NCBI GenBank assembly: GCA_000320545.1
Contig: ADNK01001576.1
Location: 39,402 to 103,401, forward strand
From: Bigelowiella natans CCMP2755
Lineage: Eukaryota > Protista > Cercozoa
Reading direction: 5' to 3'
DNA length: 64,000 bases
The stretch's first letter is position 1. The number at the start of each line of letters is the position of its first letter. Made by a program: the position numbers and the translations under genes. Below, piece by piece: positions 39,710-53,288 of this stretch. The notes below the pieces were generated by a model. The model was given only the letters and a program-made list of their open reading frames with translations, ran no database searches and was not told the DNA's origin.

Positions 39710-40383
39710 TTATCTGGAATTTAGGTGAAGAACGGCGACGGTGACATTATCCCCTTCAAACAATAGAAAAACAAAGCGAACAAAACGACCCAATATCAGG
39801 CGGCGCTATACTCCAAAGAGAGCGCGAGAAAAAAGTCTAAATAAATCTGCCGATATCTACACCGATCAAGACGTAGATCTCGCATATTACTACCTCCAAA
39901 TCGTCGTTCCATTGCTGCCATGGCACTCTTCATGAGCTTCGATACAAGCGGTTCTAAAGGCCCCCCCCGTTTGGCGCCACTTCTCATAGATCGTCGCCTC
40001 GGCTGAGCTGAAACTTCGTGAGCGGTTGTAGGCACTAGCATGGGCATGGGCATGCCGTTTAAGCCTAAACAAAAACATCTACTTTACAACACCTACACAG
40101 TGGCAATTTGGCAATTTCAAATGCGGATAAACGGCGATTTGTCTCATCGCTGCGACCTTTGATTACATCACTCTCTGGCATGAAGTCCCACAGTCCATCC
40201 GAGGCAGCAATGACTAGGTACTCGCATGAGCTTAAAATAGATCAGTGCCGTAGTAGGTAAGTAGGTACGTGGTAGAAGGCAAGTTATATAGTTAAACAAG
40301 TAGATATATCAGCATTTAAAATCGCAATTGAATCAATACGCTATTGAATGTGCTATTGAATGGCCTTGTCAACTAATGACGCG

Positions 40384-40420
<37 letters not shown>

Positions 40421-43400
40421 CACAGAAACTTAGGACACACAACTGCGCATACTCACTCATGCATACCCCTGCAATGATTACCGATCGATGTCTAAGAGTT
40501 TGATGTCGGGCAATGCTGATATCCCGGCTTCCTTTGAGAGCACAATATGTCCCAACGACCGAGTCATATTCAATGAAAGGCCCCTATTAGTATCATGTAC
40601 GAATTTCACATTAAACCGCGAAGAATTGTTTCCCTATTAGTATTATGTACTAATATCACATTAAACTGCGACGAATTTTGCCCAGCATATAAAAAGTCTA
40701 AATGTCTTATGTCTTTGCGCGAATCGTTACGCCATTGTGATTATTTCTTAGAAATCGCTAGCTACTACCGCTCCCCAGCATCTGCCTTCGCCATACTTCG
40801 AGGATAGACACGAATGTCCCCCTTGTATTGGAAAAACAAAAAACCTTAATTAGCACTGACAAACAACCTGGATGCAATGCCGAGCCCAATGTCCCAATTA
40901 AATCTATTCTTAAAACCCATTAAAGATGATGCTCGAAGAAACAATTGCCGCTTCTGAAGGAATTTTTCAGCGAAAAGACTACGCTTATGCTACAATTCGT
41001 TGGAAATAATTCAATACTTCATCAAAACAACCATGCAAAAATACCTGTTTGCTTGATACGATGCCGCCCCTCTTCACCACACTTTCCATTTCGTGATCGT
41101 CATAGCCTTTTTATGGACACAGCGGGCAAACACGCTCTTGAATGTTCCCAAAGTGGGAAAAAACGATTTGAATTGCTCAGTTTGATGACGTACAGTTATG
41201 GTCCAAAGACGAATAGACAAGCTCCCATTTAGGCGATGAAGGCAGACCAGAAACAGAAGACGACGAGGAGGAGGATGAGGTATCAACGGGTTCTTTCTGG
41301 TCCCTTTTTATGTTCATTTTCCGTTTAACAACCAAGCAACGGCTATCCCCAGCATGCGCTATGCAAAGCTGTTTCCCGTTGCTTAAAGCAAAGCGGGCAG
41401 GGGGGGGGGAAGAGAGAAAGTGCAAAATTAGATGATATTGTGAATCGATCACGAAAGGACATATAATCTAAATAACTCTACTCCTCTATATTTCTGCCAT
41501 TCTATACTCGCACAAGATGTCGATACTACTTTGATAGGAAGCACAAAGTTGCTGTTGTCCCATAATCCATGCAAACGGGCAAGTTCTTGGAGAACAAATT
41601 GCCTTCTTCTTCTGCCCTTCCTGAATCACCGTCCTGCTGCTTGTCGCCCTGTTTTGGAACGGCAGAAGCACAACTCTAAATCCAACCTCGCGTAATAACA
41701 GGTCTCTCTGCGCCGCGAAGTGCTCGTCCAATTCTATCTTCATCGAACGCTGCATGCAGGTGTGTGAGTGTGTGCATTATGCGCCCTCCTCCTCTTGCCC
41801 TTCCTCGATTCTCTCGTCCAACGTGTAGGTACCGATTGAAAGGCCAACCACCTCTTTTGCAATCGATCGTATTCCCTGAACCAAAAAAACCAAAAATGCC
41901 CGCTAATGCGTGATTTGCATAAAATCTTGCATGCTTCCCTGTGTGCTGCTGGTGCAATACAAAATAGGGTCTTTCATCCATCATATTTCCATCATATGTC
42001 CATCACTTCTGCTTACAAATTCATTATTCTATTCACCTCTATAGGCATACTCTACTACTAAGATACTATGACTATATGTAGTCGTATTGGTTCTCCAATC
42101 GATCCCACTCTCGCATTCATGCTACTTTTGCTCAGAGAATGCCATACGAAGAAGCAGCTCCTGCGTCTCTCCGAATGCTGCAATTTATCACAAAGGACAA
42201 CGGTGTATCTATTGCTCGATCGAATATGAAATGCGTCGTTAAATACTACTATGTGACATCTAACTCTGATGTATATATTGATTTACCAGTGATTGCAGCA
42301 TCTTCGGGTGTATCATCTTTCACTAGTACAGATGATAGAACCTGGCGAGGAGAACACCCCATCAATGTGCATTTGAAAGGACTCAATAACTACACCGCTC
42401 CAACAAACACAAGTACACGTATACACAAATGCTTCCCATCTCCCCCCTCCCCCACCCCCCCCCCTTCTCTCACCCCTGTTACTTTTACATAAAACGCAAA
42501 AATCATGTATCCGTGAAATTCGCGTTTCGACATATATATTTAACAACCGATGATACCATCTGACATTACCAGAGGAAGGACTCGTTTGCAGAGCTGAGCA
42601 GCACTGTGCCCCAAACACCCATGGCCTTAAAAAACAGACGGATATCTATAATCCAGCATGCTCGCTCGTAAAGTCAAAGAGAGGGAATGGTATGAGAATT
42701 AGAGACCTGGTAGATACCCCCTCATCCCCCCTCCCTACCACGCTCGACTCTCCCCCCTTCATTTCTCTTTTTGTGTCTTTGGTACGTGTGGGTGCGTGTT
42801 TTGCATGACCATCAAAAACTCCGATTATCGGATGCGAGGATGTCAGCATCGTCTTCAAGGTAAAGGCGTCTTGATTCACACTTTTAAATCGTGACTTTGC
42901 ACTCGCACCGAATGCGGAATATCTCCATTTATCTGATGTAATTTAAGCTTATGCAACGCGCACAACATCCACGATGGCTGCCAGTACTACTGCAATTGCT
43001 ACTACTACTACCAGTACTTCCGGTAAGAGAACCCGTCTCCATTCCTTTGGCATTGTATAGCTAAGGAGTAGATTCGCACATAATGTTAAGACTTAGAAGA
43101 AAAATGCACATTGTGTTGTAAGTGTGTTGGAAGAAATTGTAAAGTCTCTCACATAATAGAAGAGAGAGTTCTCTTCATCTTTCTCTATCCCTCTCTCTCT
43201 CTCTCTCCCTCTCTCTCTCTTTCTCATCGATATTCTCTTCTACAAAAGGGGCAAAGAAGGTTTCTGGGCCGATGTGAGAGTAGTACTGCAGGCGAATAAT
43301 AGATATCCAAAAAAAAAGAACACGTCTCGCAACAACACACGTAACGGATATATTGTATATATACTAGTGTTGTGCATATGATACGTGGTTGCGGGGAAAA

Positions 43401-43950
43401 ACTACAGGCTGCTCTTGATGACTCAAGGGTGAATCAAATGTCTTTTTCCGACGCTTTCGTATTAGTCGTCGCCGCCTTTTTCTTCCTAAAGCAACGTGCT
43501 TATGTAATCCCACTCTTCCTCCCTGTTATCATGCGCCTCTCTCTATAATCTACACTCCTTCCTCATTTCTTGATAAAGTTGTATATGCAACCAACCACAG
43601 CATAACCAACACCGTATCCATGTACAAATGCCCGTCTCTTTCCTTTTTTCTACTATACCCGCACTCACCTAGTTGGTCGTCATCATCATCATCACTGTTT
43701 TCTTCAAAAGGAAAGGCTTGTCCCAATTCCAGTGTGGGGGTCTCGGCATATTCCTTTTCGTTGGCGGACTGGAGCTGCCGTATCACTCCATCCTCTTTGT
43801 GCATCTTAATGCTGCCATTTCCAAAAGCGCTTGGTTGTTTTTCCTGCTTCCTCTTCTTGGTTCTCTTTTTCTTGCTCTCTGCCTTTATCTGCGAACAGGT
43901 TGAGGCGGAAATTGAGGGCCTATCTCCCCCCTCTTCCTTGACCGTTTGAG
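39710..43950 (-). CDS. Protein phosphatase 2C (PPM family); 5' end unresolved, probably extends further upstream
   Basis: NQDAF, IGVFD|GHG, CIAHAGDSRCL, SLDH, LNMTRSLGH, IAASDGLWD and GDNVTVAVL...SR* (stop 39710-39712). Confidence 0.85.
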
Positions 43951-44189
43951 AATTATAACTGTTTAATTGGTGATGAGTTGTGCCCAAAACAACAAGTGAA
44001 GAATAGTAAGCATGGTCGTAGTGTTATCGGAAGGAAAACAAATAGAACCACGCCCTTCTCGCACTTCTATTTTTTCGAAATTATTTAAAAAAAAACAAAT
44101 CCGTCTTTCAACACGTAGGCGCATCTAGTTAGGGATTTCGGCATATGGGCACCACAGCCTCAGCAACGTCGATGTGTGCGGTCGTGTGC

Positions 44190-45364
44190 AAGAGAACGGG
44201 GCATACTCAATCTCCACAGTTGTGGCCGTTGAGCTTGATGTCGCTAGAGAGATAAGCGTTTGCCTACGTTTAAATAATCGATGGGGTAAGAAGTCAGTAC
44301 ACACAATTTCGCACTTGAACTTATATATGTTGGCACATCTAATGAAGAAACAGCAGCCCCATATGGCATTGTTCAAATCTCTCTAATGAAATGTTGGAAT
44401 GAGATATTGATCCGGGATGTTTGTGAGTCGATAGGTGTTTGCACTACAGCCAAATACATGTTACCTATGTTTTCTTCTTTTCTTCCTCAAACGGCCGTTT
44501 TGATGTCTGCAGCAGAGAACAAAGGAAAGGACGTCGTACGCGTCCATCATATCACCATTCAAACTAAAGTCGTAGTTATATAGAAATGAAGATGTTCGCA
44601 CTTTCCTACCACATGCTTCTGTGTGTGTTTGAAAGATTACAATTGAATGCAGTTCGGTTTGAGAGTAGAGGAAATTGGCGGTGATGGGGCTTCATGGATG
44701 TAGTGGAAGTGTAGTGAAAGCAGTGAGTACAATGGTGGATGTTCCTCCGTTTCCGTGTGTGGTATGCTGTTTGGGAGTCCTCCTTTCGCTGGATTTCTCG
44801 ATTGTTCTATTTAGTGCGTAAATGACCTAATCACTACAACAGCTCTCTATACATGTATCCAATTAGTTTTTTGGTTGTGTTGTTTGTTTGAATATGCAAG
44901 ATCTGAAAAATCGCTGTACTTTTGAAGAAACCTTTGAGTCTCGAAGTAGCAGCAGCATTTTGCCCGCCCCCCGTTTTACTACTAGGTTTGGTTGTGATGT
45001 GCTCCATAAAACGTGTGATGCTACGTTCTGCTTTTTGACATCTATTTAGCAGCAGCATCATTCCTTCCTGATGTAGCACCAACTCGAGCGAGTAAATCAA
45101 ACGAATGATACCTTGCTTTATTTTTAATTGAAAAGTAAACTTTAAAAGGAATTACTGATAGTACACGACGATCCTGGTTGCTAAGCTCAAACACATATAT
45201 TTTGAAATGATCGTAGTTACCCTATCGTCCAACGATGATGACGATGATGCAGAGGAAGACGACGATGTTCTTCGCAGTGAAGCACGCTTTGGCATACGTG
45301 GGATGGCCTAATTTAAACTCTGAATGAATGTGTGGTGTCGAAATTCTCTCCGCTCTCTTCCACC

Positions 45365-45401
<37 letters not shown>

Positions 45402-46359
45402 TCTCCCTCTACCACTCCTCCAGAAGGCATACTTTGTACACGTCGCTGAAGAATTGACCGCTCTTATCATATGACTTAGATTTAATCTTAGCCATGATTC
45501 CATGCAGATGGCTCCCAACTCGTCTTCGCTGCGGTTCGGAAAGCTTTACGGCTGACTCCTTGTGGTCTACGAGACACGAGAGTTGATAATTGAGTCAATA
45601 AAGCATAAATCAAAACAAAGGCTATGCACAATACGTATCTCTAACATAACAACCCCTCACAACAAGTGTATATTTATCAACATGGGAAACATGTTACCTA
45701 TCAGGGCAAGAAGCTGCTTGATGAAGTCAGCTGCGATGGTAGTCCACGACAGCGCTCCCTCCACATCCGCCATCCTCGCTGAAGAATGAAGACCTGTTCG
45801 AAAGAGCCGCAGTTCATTTAGCTGCTGCGTCATCTATTTGTCCATTGAAATCGGTAAAAACGGCATGCGACTGATCATTCTATTCTAAGTCTTTCTGCAG
45901 CCGATGCTTTCCCTGAACAGACGATAGAATATTTCATGAAATCAGTACGAGATATATGTCGTAGCAGTGAAATTCAGGTAAATGTCATTTGGTATCCGCC
46001 AAAACCGGATTTCAGCATGTCAGAAGTTCCTGCTGGGGAATGTGTTCATGAAAGAAGCTAGCTTTGATGCATTTTCGGAGGAAACGGTGTTGGTTCATTA
46101 CCGACGACAACTAAAAAATGTTGTCGTAGAGATCTATTTGGCCAAAGTGGATACCCAACTTTAACTTTCTCCTCGCCCATTTTCGTGCCTCACCTCTACC
46201 GATATTCAAATACTTTGGACGTAATACTAAGAAGACCTTGCAATGGCTACTAGGGGAGAGAAACCGGAACTCAAAGCCACTTCTGACAGTCTTAGTCCCC
46301 AGAAAGATGTTAAACCTTTGTCCGTGAGGACTCTTTCTGGTAAAAACATCATGCTGCAT
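44190..46359 (-). CDS. Unassigned minus-strand coding exons (N-terminal part of the PP2C gene or a separate hypothetical protein)
   Basis: Protein-like open stretches bounded by GT/AG (e.g. ~44850-45080, ~45700-45835, ~46220-46359). No recognisable motif. Confidence 0.4.
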
Positions 46360-46927
46360 GCTGTTGCTAATTAATTTCTATACATTGATTTCTGTGTTGC
46401 CTCTCATTGTTTTCTTCTATCTACAGATTCTGATATAGTAGTAATCACGAAGGATAGGCTCCCAAGGCGGTTGTCAGAGAAACCTACAAAATCAGGTATC
46501 GTCATCAAATAAAAGTAACCGGGTAGCCTAAAGCAAGAACATATAATTACACTCTTAAGTTTCTTTATTTGATGCAAAAAATGCCGCTCACAGTTCAATT
46601 GAAACAATCCCTACAGTAGAGGTTAATTGCACTAGTTCATAGTCTAGTATGTCCATATCTAGAGCCAAATAAAGCAAAACTGGACTCTCCGCTGAAAAAT
46701 GTCGAATGGTAATTAAACCATTTTAACTGGTGCATAGTACGCACACATTGCATGGCTAGAGCGAGGTTTCTAACGTTTCGGGTCAATTATCAAGGCCATC
46801 AACACCTAAGCATGTGCCAGGATCTCGAAGCGGTATTTGTTTCTGACTCTTTGTAAGATTGTCAATCTTGCTAAAATTCTCTAATGGTCAAAACCTTGCA
46901 GGTTCCCTTGACATTAGCCCCTTATCA

Positions 46928-47560
46928 ATGTCAAATGCCCAAACCCCTCCTCCCCCTCCTACCACACCGGATCAATCGCCGTTTAAGGATATTATAATGG
47001 GAAGAGTGGTACTTTCTGATTGGATTCCCATAAAGATATATTATGCGAGTATTCTAGAATTACTATTTGACTCCTACTAACACAAACCACACAGACGTAC
47101 ACACACACACACACACACAAATACTATCGTATTATACACATTTAAAGCATCTGAATATACGTGCGTTATTAATGTTGGTGATGATAGCGAAAACTCATAC
47201 ATTCGTAGTACAAAAATATCCTAAAAACTGACTTCAGGAGGAGAAGGAAGAACACAGGCCCCATTATTATCGAGGAGAGTCCAGAGAACAGTTGATATCA
47301 CGCCTAAAGCATATCAGCATGGTATGCCTTCTACATTCATTGTTTTTACGCAGGAGGAGGGAGATAGAGAGGGGAGAGGTTATTGTGCATTTGTGTTATA
47401 TAATACCCGCAATGATGCCACAGTGTAATAGATTTCCGCTTGTTTTTTCAAATCTCGATCGTTGTCATATCAGGTAAGCTTGTCATCATCTGTGGACTCA
47501 ATAGATCGCTTGCCTTCTGATATTAAGGTTTGCGTTTTCGATAGCATTCTAAAGCCAACG

Positions 47561-47611
<51 letters not shown>

Positions 47612-47866
47612 TCCGTATCATTAACAGCCGAGCTTGTATATACTCCTCATGCTTGAATCGCTTACAAAAAAGGCTGTCCTCGAGAAAGACCCTGATAAAC
47701 TAAGTCCCAACCGACTCACGAGAGGAGTGGTAAAAGCACTGAAGAGTAGCCGAATCGTGGTAATACATAAATCGCATCGCCACTGCCATCATCACTCGTA
47801 GTAGCGGTGTACACACAGTTCTCTGCTATTGGAAGCATAGCACAGAATGGTATGGGGATCTCTCTC

Positions 47867-47906
<40 letters not shown>

Positions 47907-49415
47907 CTCTCTTTCTATATATTGTTCAAAATCCAAGTATGCCTGTGCGCACCATACTACAGCCTTCGAGTGTAAAGCCGTATCTGGAATCCCTGGGGGA
48001 CACAATCGGCGCGTTTATACGCGCGTGGAGAAGCCATGAGAAAATGATAAGCGAGTGATGCATATCTATGCGGCATTGCTGTTGGTGTTGCCCTTGGTTG
48101 TGGAAGGATGGGGAGCTATTTCTATTGAAAATGAGCATAGGGGATTCAATTTGAGAGAGTCAGATAGAGGAACTTCGGGGGTGTACTCCCTTGCGGAACA
48201 TATCGTGTACTAACCGAATGCTTTCGCCTGGTACCCGTAACAGTGCTTGCGTAGTCATCACCAAATCGTGGAAATACCTGGAAGATCAAGACGCGTACGA
48301 CTTCGTGCCCCTTCTTTGCGGGTTGAATAAAAATTGTAAACTGCTGCTACTTTTGGCAGCAACTGTGCCTGTTATCGATAATTAAATCACATTTCGATGA
48401 CGAACATGCGTACGATATAGCTTAGGCATGCATTGGTATTGGCTATAAACAAACATGATAGAAAGAATGGAAATGCCTAGAAGCAATTATGATGATAATG
48501 ATGATGATGATGATGATGATGAGATAATGATGACGGCAGTGGTGGCAGTAGTGTCTACGGTAAGTATATGGTAAGTATATGAGTTCCAGTTGGCTAAAAT
48601 TTCCTTGCTATTTCCTTCGTGTTTCCTATTCCTTAGCTTTATAATGCTATTCTTCGGCGGCAATTTTTTGTTGCTGATATCTGCAATAGAGGTTTTCTTT
48701 AAAATAAATACTCAAAACGTGTTTGTAATTCGTCAAGAAGTTAAGAACCATTTACGCACGTAAACAATCCTGTTTCAACATAAAAACGATGATAGTTTGT
48801 ATTGTATGGCCCTTATTCATAATTGAATTAGAAAGAGTAATGTATTTGAAATCCAACAAACTTCCACCAATTTTTTGATTTGAGTTGACACTGCCTACCA
48901 TCGTCAGAGCTGGTGATTAAAATCAACAACTAAGATGAATATAACAATATATTGTTCTTATTGCACGTCCCTCACATTTTTCTCACTTCTCTCTTTCTCT
49001 CTCTTTCTATGGTTCTTTCCTCTTCTACCCCTCTGTCCTTCTCACAAGGCATACCGCATCAGCGGGTGGCACAAAACTCGTAAATGCGTCGTAGATCTCT
49101 ACCACAACTACCAACTAGTCAAGGTGGAGTTGTGATAATGATAATGCCAGTGATGATTGATGGTGAGGGGGCTGGTTTTCTAAGTTTGGGAGAGAGAGGG
49201 AGCAGCAGCTGTAGTTATGTGATGCTGCTTTAGGATGCCGATGAATTGGACGAGAAAGAGCTTCTGAAAGACAAAAACAATGACGGTTATTATTGAACGT
49301 GGAGATCTGGAGACGACGCGAATACAGACAACACTTACAACACTGCGTATAACTAAAAATGTCTATAGACTCTCCCTCCTTTTCTCTCTCTCCAAGTATA
49401 TGTGTGTGTGTGTGT

Positions 49416-49452
<37 letters not shown>

Positions 49453-52105
49453 GCTTGCATCATCAAGTTGACATTCTACGACACGATAGGCATTACTGAC
49501 GTCCTCCAGCTCAGCGATGAGGAATACGTCCTGCGTAAAGTAGACATTGTGCTCCGAGTTGTCCATCCACAGCAGGTCAACAGCGACCCAAACGGTTGGA
49601 AGTTTCGGAAGGCTGTTTTGTAAAAGAAGTCACCGTTTTTCCTTTAGAACTCACAGACATTACATAAACGAAGCCTTTAAACCTAAGGAGGATTGATTGA
49701 AACGCCTTATCGTGCTAGGTTTTCGATGCTATTTCGGGTATAAGCGTAGGGTTCTTTGCTGTCGTTGCCACTTTAAAGGTGACAATGCAATATGTAGTAG
49801 GGTTGTGAGGATGGGGGTATTCGGTGCTACCGTCGTTGATTTCACAAACGCAGATTCCTTTTCAAAAGAAGTTGTAGTGCTCATTTAGAATGCGTGCTAC
49901 GTTTGCCAACTAAAATGATTCTTAAATTCAAAACGGGTCGATGAATTTATGTATATACGTATGTATGTTTGCATGTTTGCGCGTTTGTGTGTGCGTGTGT
50001 GTTGGTGTGGCTGTATGAATGTATGGAATGCATCAGCTTAAGACCGCTCGAGCTGTGACTCTTGGGACATCGCTAGGTACTACAACAACAAAATCACGAA
50101 ACCGTTATTAACCCAGCAATTCTGATTGAGAGATGGGAGGAACAAACAGCACTCAATGCTGTCATTTTACCAAGGAACCCAATCACGCATAGGATGGCAA
50201 AATAGATACATAATAGGGTAGCATTGATTTCTGTATAGATTGTGATGGTAGATCTCCACTGTCCACTGCCATTGATATTTGGAGAGAAATGCCAATTACA
50301 GCATTCACAGCATTAGCAGCAGGAGGAGGAGATGTAGCAGATTAAGTAGAAGCATCAGCCTCATTATCTAAAAAAAGAAAATACGATGGCCTTCATCTTT
50401 TCACGGATCTTACACAACAACGACGCAACAAACGATATTTTGAAAGTAGAGACCAATCATAGGTAACATGTTCCAGTTGGTAGTGACTCGTGTATTCTTA
50501 AGCGATCTGCAAGATCTCTTTGGGGAGTACCGAGAATGGGTCGGTGCGGCGCATCATTGCATGCTGATTTCATCACCAAACCTTAAGTCATCTCTACACC
50601 GCTACTACACATCGAGAAGAAGAGGCTCTTAGGAAACATGCACTCAATTTATTCAACTAACTCAATTTCGATATGGATATGACTCATTCTGCCTTGTGCA
50701 GCTGCTGCGAATTGCTGGGATGTATCTTTCCAGTACCAGACCACTATTTTTTTAATTTTTCTTATGTACAACGCATGCACGTATTGCTAATTAGGTACTG
50801 CCACTGATTCACTACACAGCCAGGTTTATTACTTGCAGATATTGCATTGCGTGAGAAGATAGCGTATGATTAAGTTGGATGATATTTGTGATAAAAGCAG
50901 TCTCTCTACTTCTATATTTTTATTCACTTGGAATACGGTTTAATCAGCTTCATCGGGGTGCTGTTTGCATACACGCTTTACATGATCATAAGCTCGTTCC
51001 ATTGCTCGGTACACGTTAGCAGCAGAAAAGTGTGCATTTCCTAGGATTTCCTCTTTTGCTGCTCTTAATAGATTCGCACCGTCACGATGCATTGCATTGC
51101 AGTATTGTACGCTTTTGTTGGATAGTGTATTTCATTTTCGGCCATATACTATGCATGATTTCACGCTTTAGAGACAATGCCGTCGTTCTCATAAAATGCA
51201 AAACATGTTTCAGGTCAGAGGAGCCAGTCTCGTTGTGCATGGGGTGGCCATACTCAATGCAAGATTCTTCAGTACTAAATCATTTTGAATGAAAACAATC
51301 AAATGATAGTGTATAAAACGAGAGATAAAGGGGGCGGGGGAGGAGGAACAGGGGGCAGTCTACGCAAGCTCTTTATTGAAATAACTAACTGTTTTTTGCG
51401 CATTATTTCTTCCACAATATGGTTTTATCATCAGAATCAAACGCGGTTGTGCCGCACGTTGACGAGGTAAGGGAAAAGGCTCATAAGATATATTTATCTC
51501 CAAATCAAAATTTGCAAATTTCGAGCTGCCTTCAATGTTTAAGGAGTCGTGTTGACGAAAAACTTCACTCCACACTTTGTGTCAATTCAGTTTCGAATTA
51601 TGTGAATGATGTGCTTTCAATTAGAAAAAACAATACTGTTTTACTGTATTACTTTCCTTCATTTTCCATATTCTCAAAAACATGTTATATCGCTCGTAAA
51701 CATTTGCCTCTATAGCCTCTATAGATACATGCTGATCCGAAATGGGCTGGATTTACTGTATTTCTTGGTACAATTGGCTTCTTAAAGCAATTTACTGACG
51801 GTAACTTTTGCAGATATCTACGTCTCTTTTTTTTTAAATTTCATTTTAGCTATGTTCTTTGTGTTTCCATTGCTTTGGGTGCGTGTGGTGTGAATGATGA
51901 TGTGATAGTGGCAACGTGAAGTTAGGGAGCAATTATTACCGAAATGAGTCTTAGACGTATATTCAGAAACGAAGAATATAGAACATAATTTCGCCTATAA
52001 TGATTGGCAGGATTTGTGATCAAACCGTGGGTTCTGAAGTTGATGTTGAGTCCTTTTCTTTTCGCCGAGTATGCTCTGTGGGCTATTGTTTTGAACTCGA
52101 ATTAG
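46928..52105 (+). CDS. Hypothetical multi-exon protein, possibly with C-terminal membrane segments
   Basis: Series of short AG/GT-bounded plus-strand exons between microsatellite-bearing introns (e.g. AVLEKDPDKLSPNRLTRGVVKALKSSRIV, GITDVLQLSDEEYVLRKVDIVLRVV, FIGVLFAYTLYMIISSF, WAGFTVFLGTIGFLK). No family recognised; ends approximate. Confidence 0.45.
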
Positions 52106-52249
52106 ACTATTCTTAGTTGCCGACGAACGGTATCTCGTAGAATCTGGATTTATTCTTTTGCTATCATGTGTACGGGATTAGCATCCTGGCGGCAAGACGG
52201 GGCATTTTATTTAAGGAACTCACTCACGTATCTAGCAAAATATAGTTTG

Positions 52250-52750
52250 TAAATAAACAATCTAAAAACACATACCATACTAGCATGTGCATCATCTATT
52301 GCAACAGGGTTCTCGCATGGTAAGCATGAAGCAGCGCAATAATTGTAAGAAATCGCAGCATAAAGCATGGCTTATTGGCTGTATCACCTAGCTAGCTAGA
52401 CGAAATATGTTGTGTGTTATGCAGCAGACAAATTAGACGATCAAGTTGAATGCCTCCTAGCATGTTTGTTATTCAACATTAGGCTGACGCAGTACTAGAG
52501 TAGCTAGTGCAGTACTAGAGTAGCTAGTGCTAGAGTTCTAGAGTGCTTCAGCTTTAGAGCTGTTTGATTTGGACTCTGGACATAGCTAGATAGGATTGTC
52601 ATGTCTATAGCTAGCTTGAGGTCAATAGTAACAAATTGGGCTAGCAACTGGGAACCAGCTAACTGCTTTGCACGAATGAAAACAATAATGCCCCAAATCT
52701 TGGATTCGCTCAGTCTAGCAGTCTAGCAGTGCATACCCTTTCCAATTAAC
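52250..52750. other. Intergenic spacer between convergent genes, CTAG-rich and partially TpA-depleted
   Basis: Many ctag/catg/tgca words, (CTAG)n at ~52388, and local tandem duplications. Confidence 0.6.
52490..52529. repeat. Perfect 20-bp tandem duplication
   Basis: cagtactagagtagctagtg x2. Confidence 0.9.
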
Positions 52751-52754
52751 TCCG

Positions 52755-53257
52755 CTACTCACGTTTTTCCTTCAACTGGACAACAGGCCGACGCCTATTA
52801 GCTGCTCTATTTAAAGGCGACATTGCGACGAACGCAATGTCAACGACCTGCCAGATCGCTATGAATGCTGACACCGAAGCAATACCGACGTAATACGATG
52901 TTTCATCGGTCCAATTCCTTAGCTTTGCGTACTCTGATCTTTGAAGCAAAGACCCTGCCAAACGGGCTAATGGAGTCGCAATGCAAGCCTTGAGGAGCAT
53001 GTTGCCGAATAGACGATGGAGACGTATTGTTTTCTTCGACGCAAACGTGTAAATTCCAAAAAAGAACAGCAGCCAAGGCGCCGCGAAAAGATACTCGAAT
53101 GTGGTGAAGTTCTCCCATGCTACATAGGGGCCCATTAAGAAGCCAGCAGCATCCTAACCACAAAATATTGATCGATTTGTGAGTGTTGTTATACCGTATA
53201 AATGCACGCCTACATCTAAAACAAACAAAGAACGTACATTGCGCGCGCGTGTGTCTC

Positions 53258-53288
<31 letters not shown>

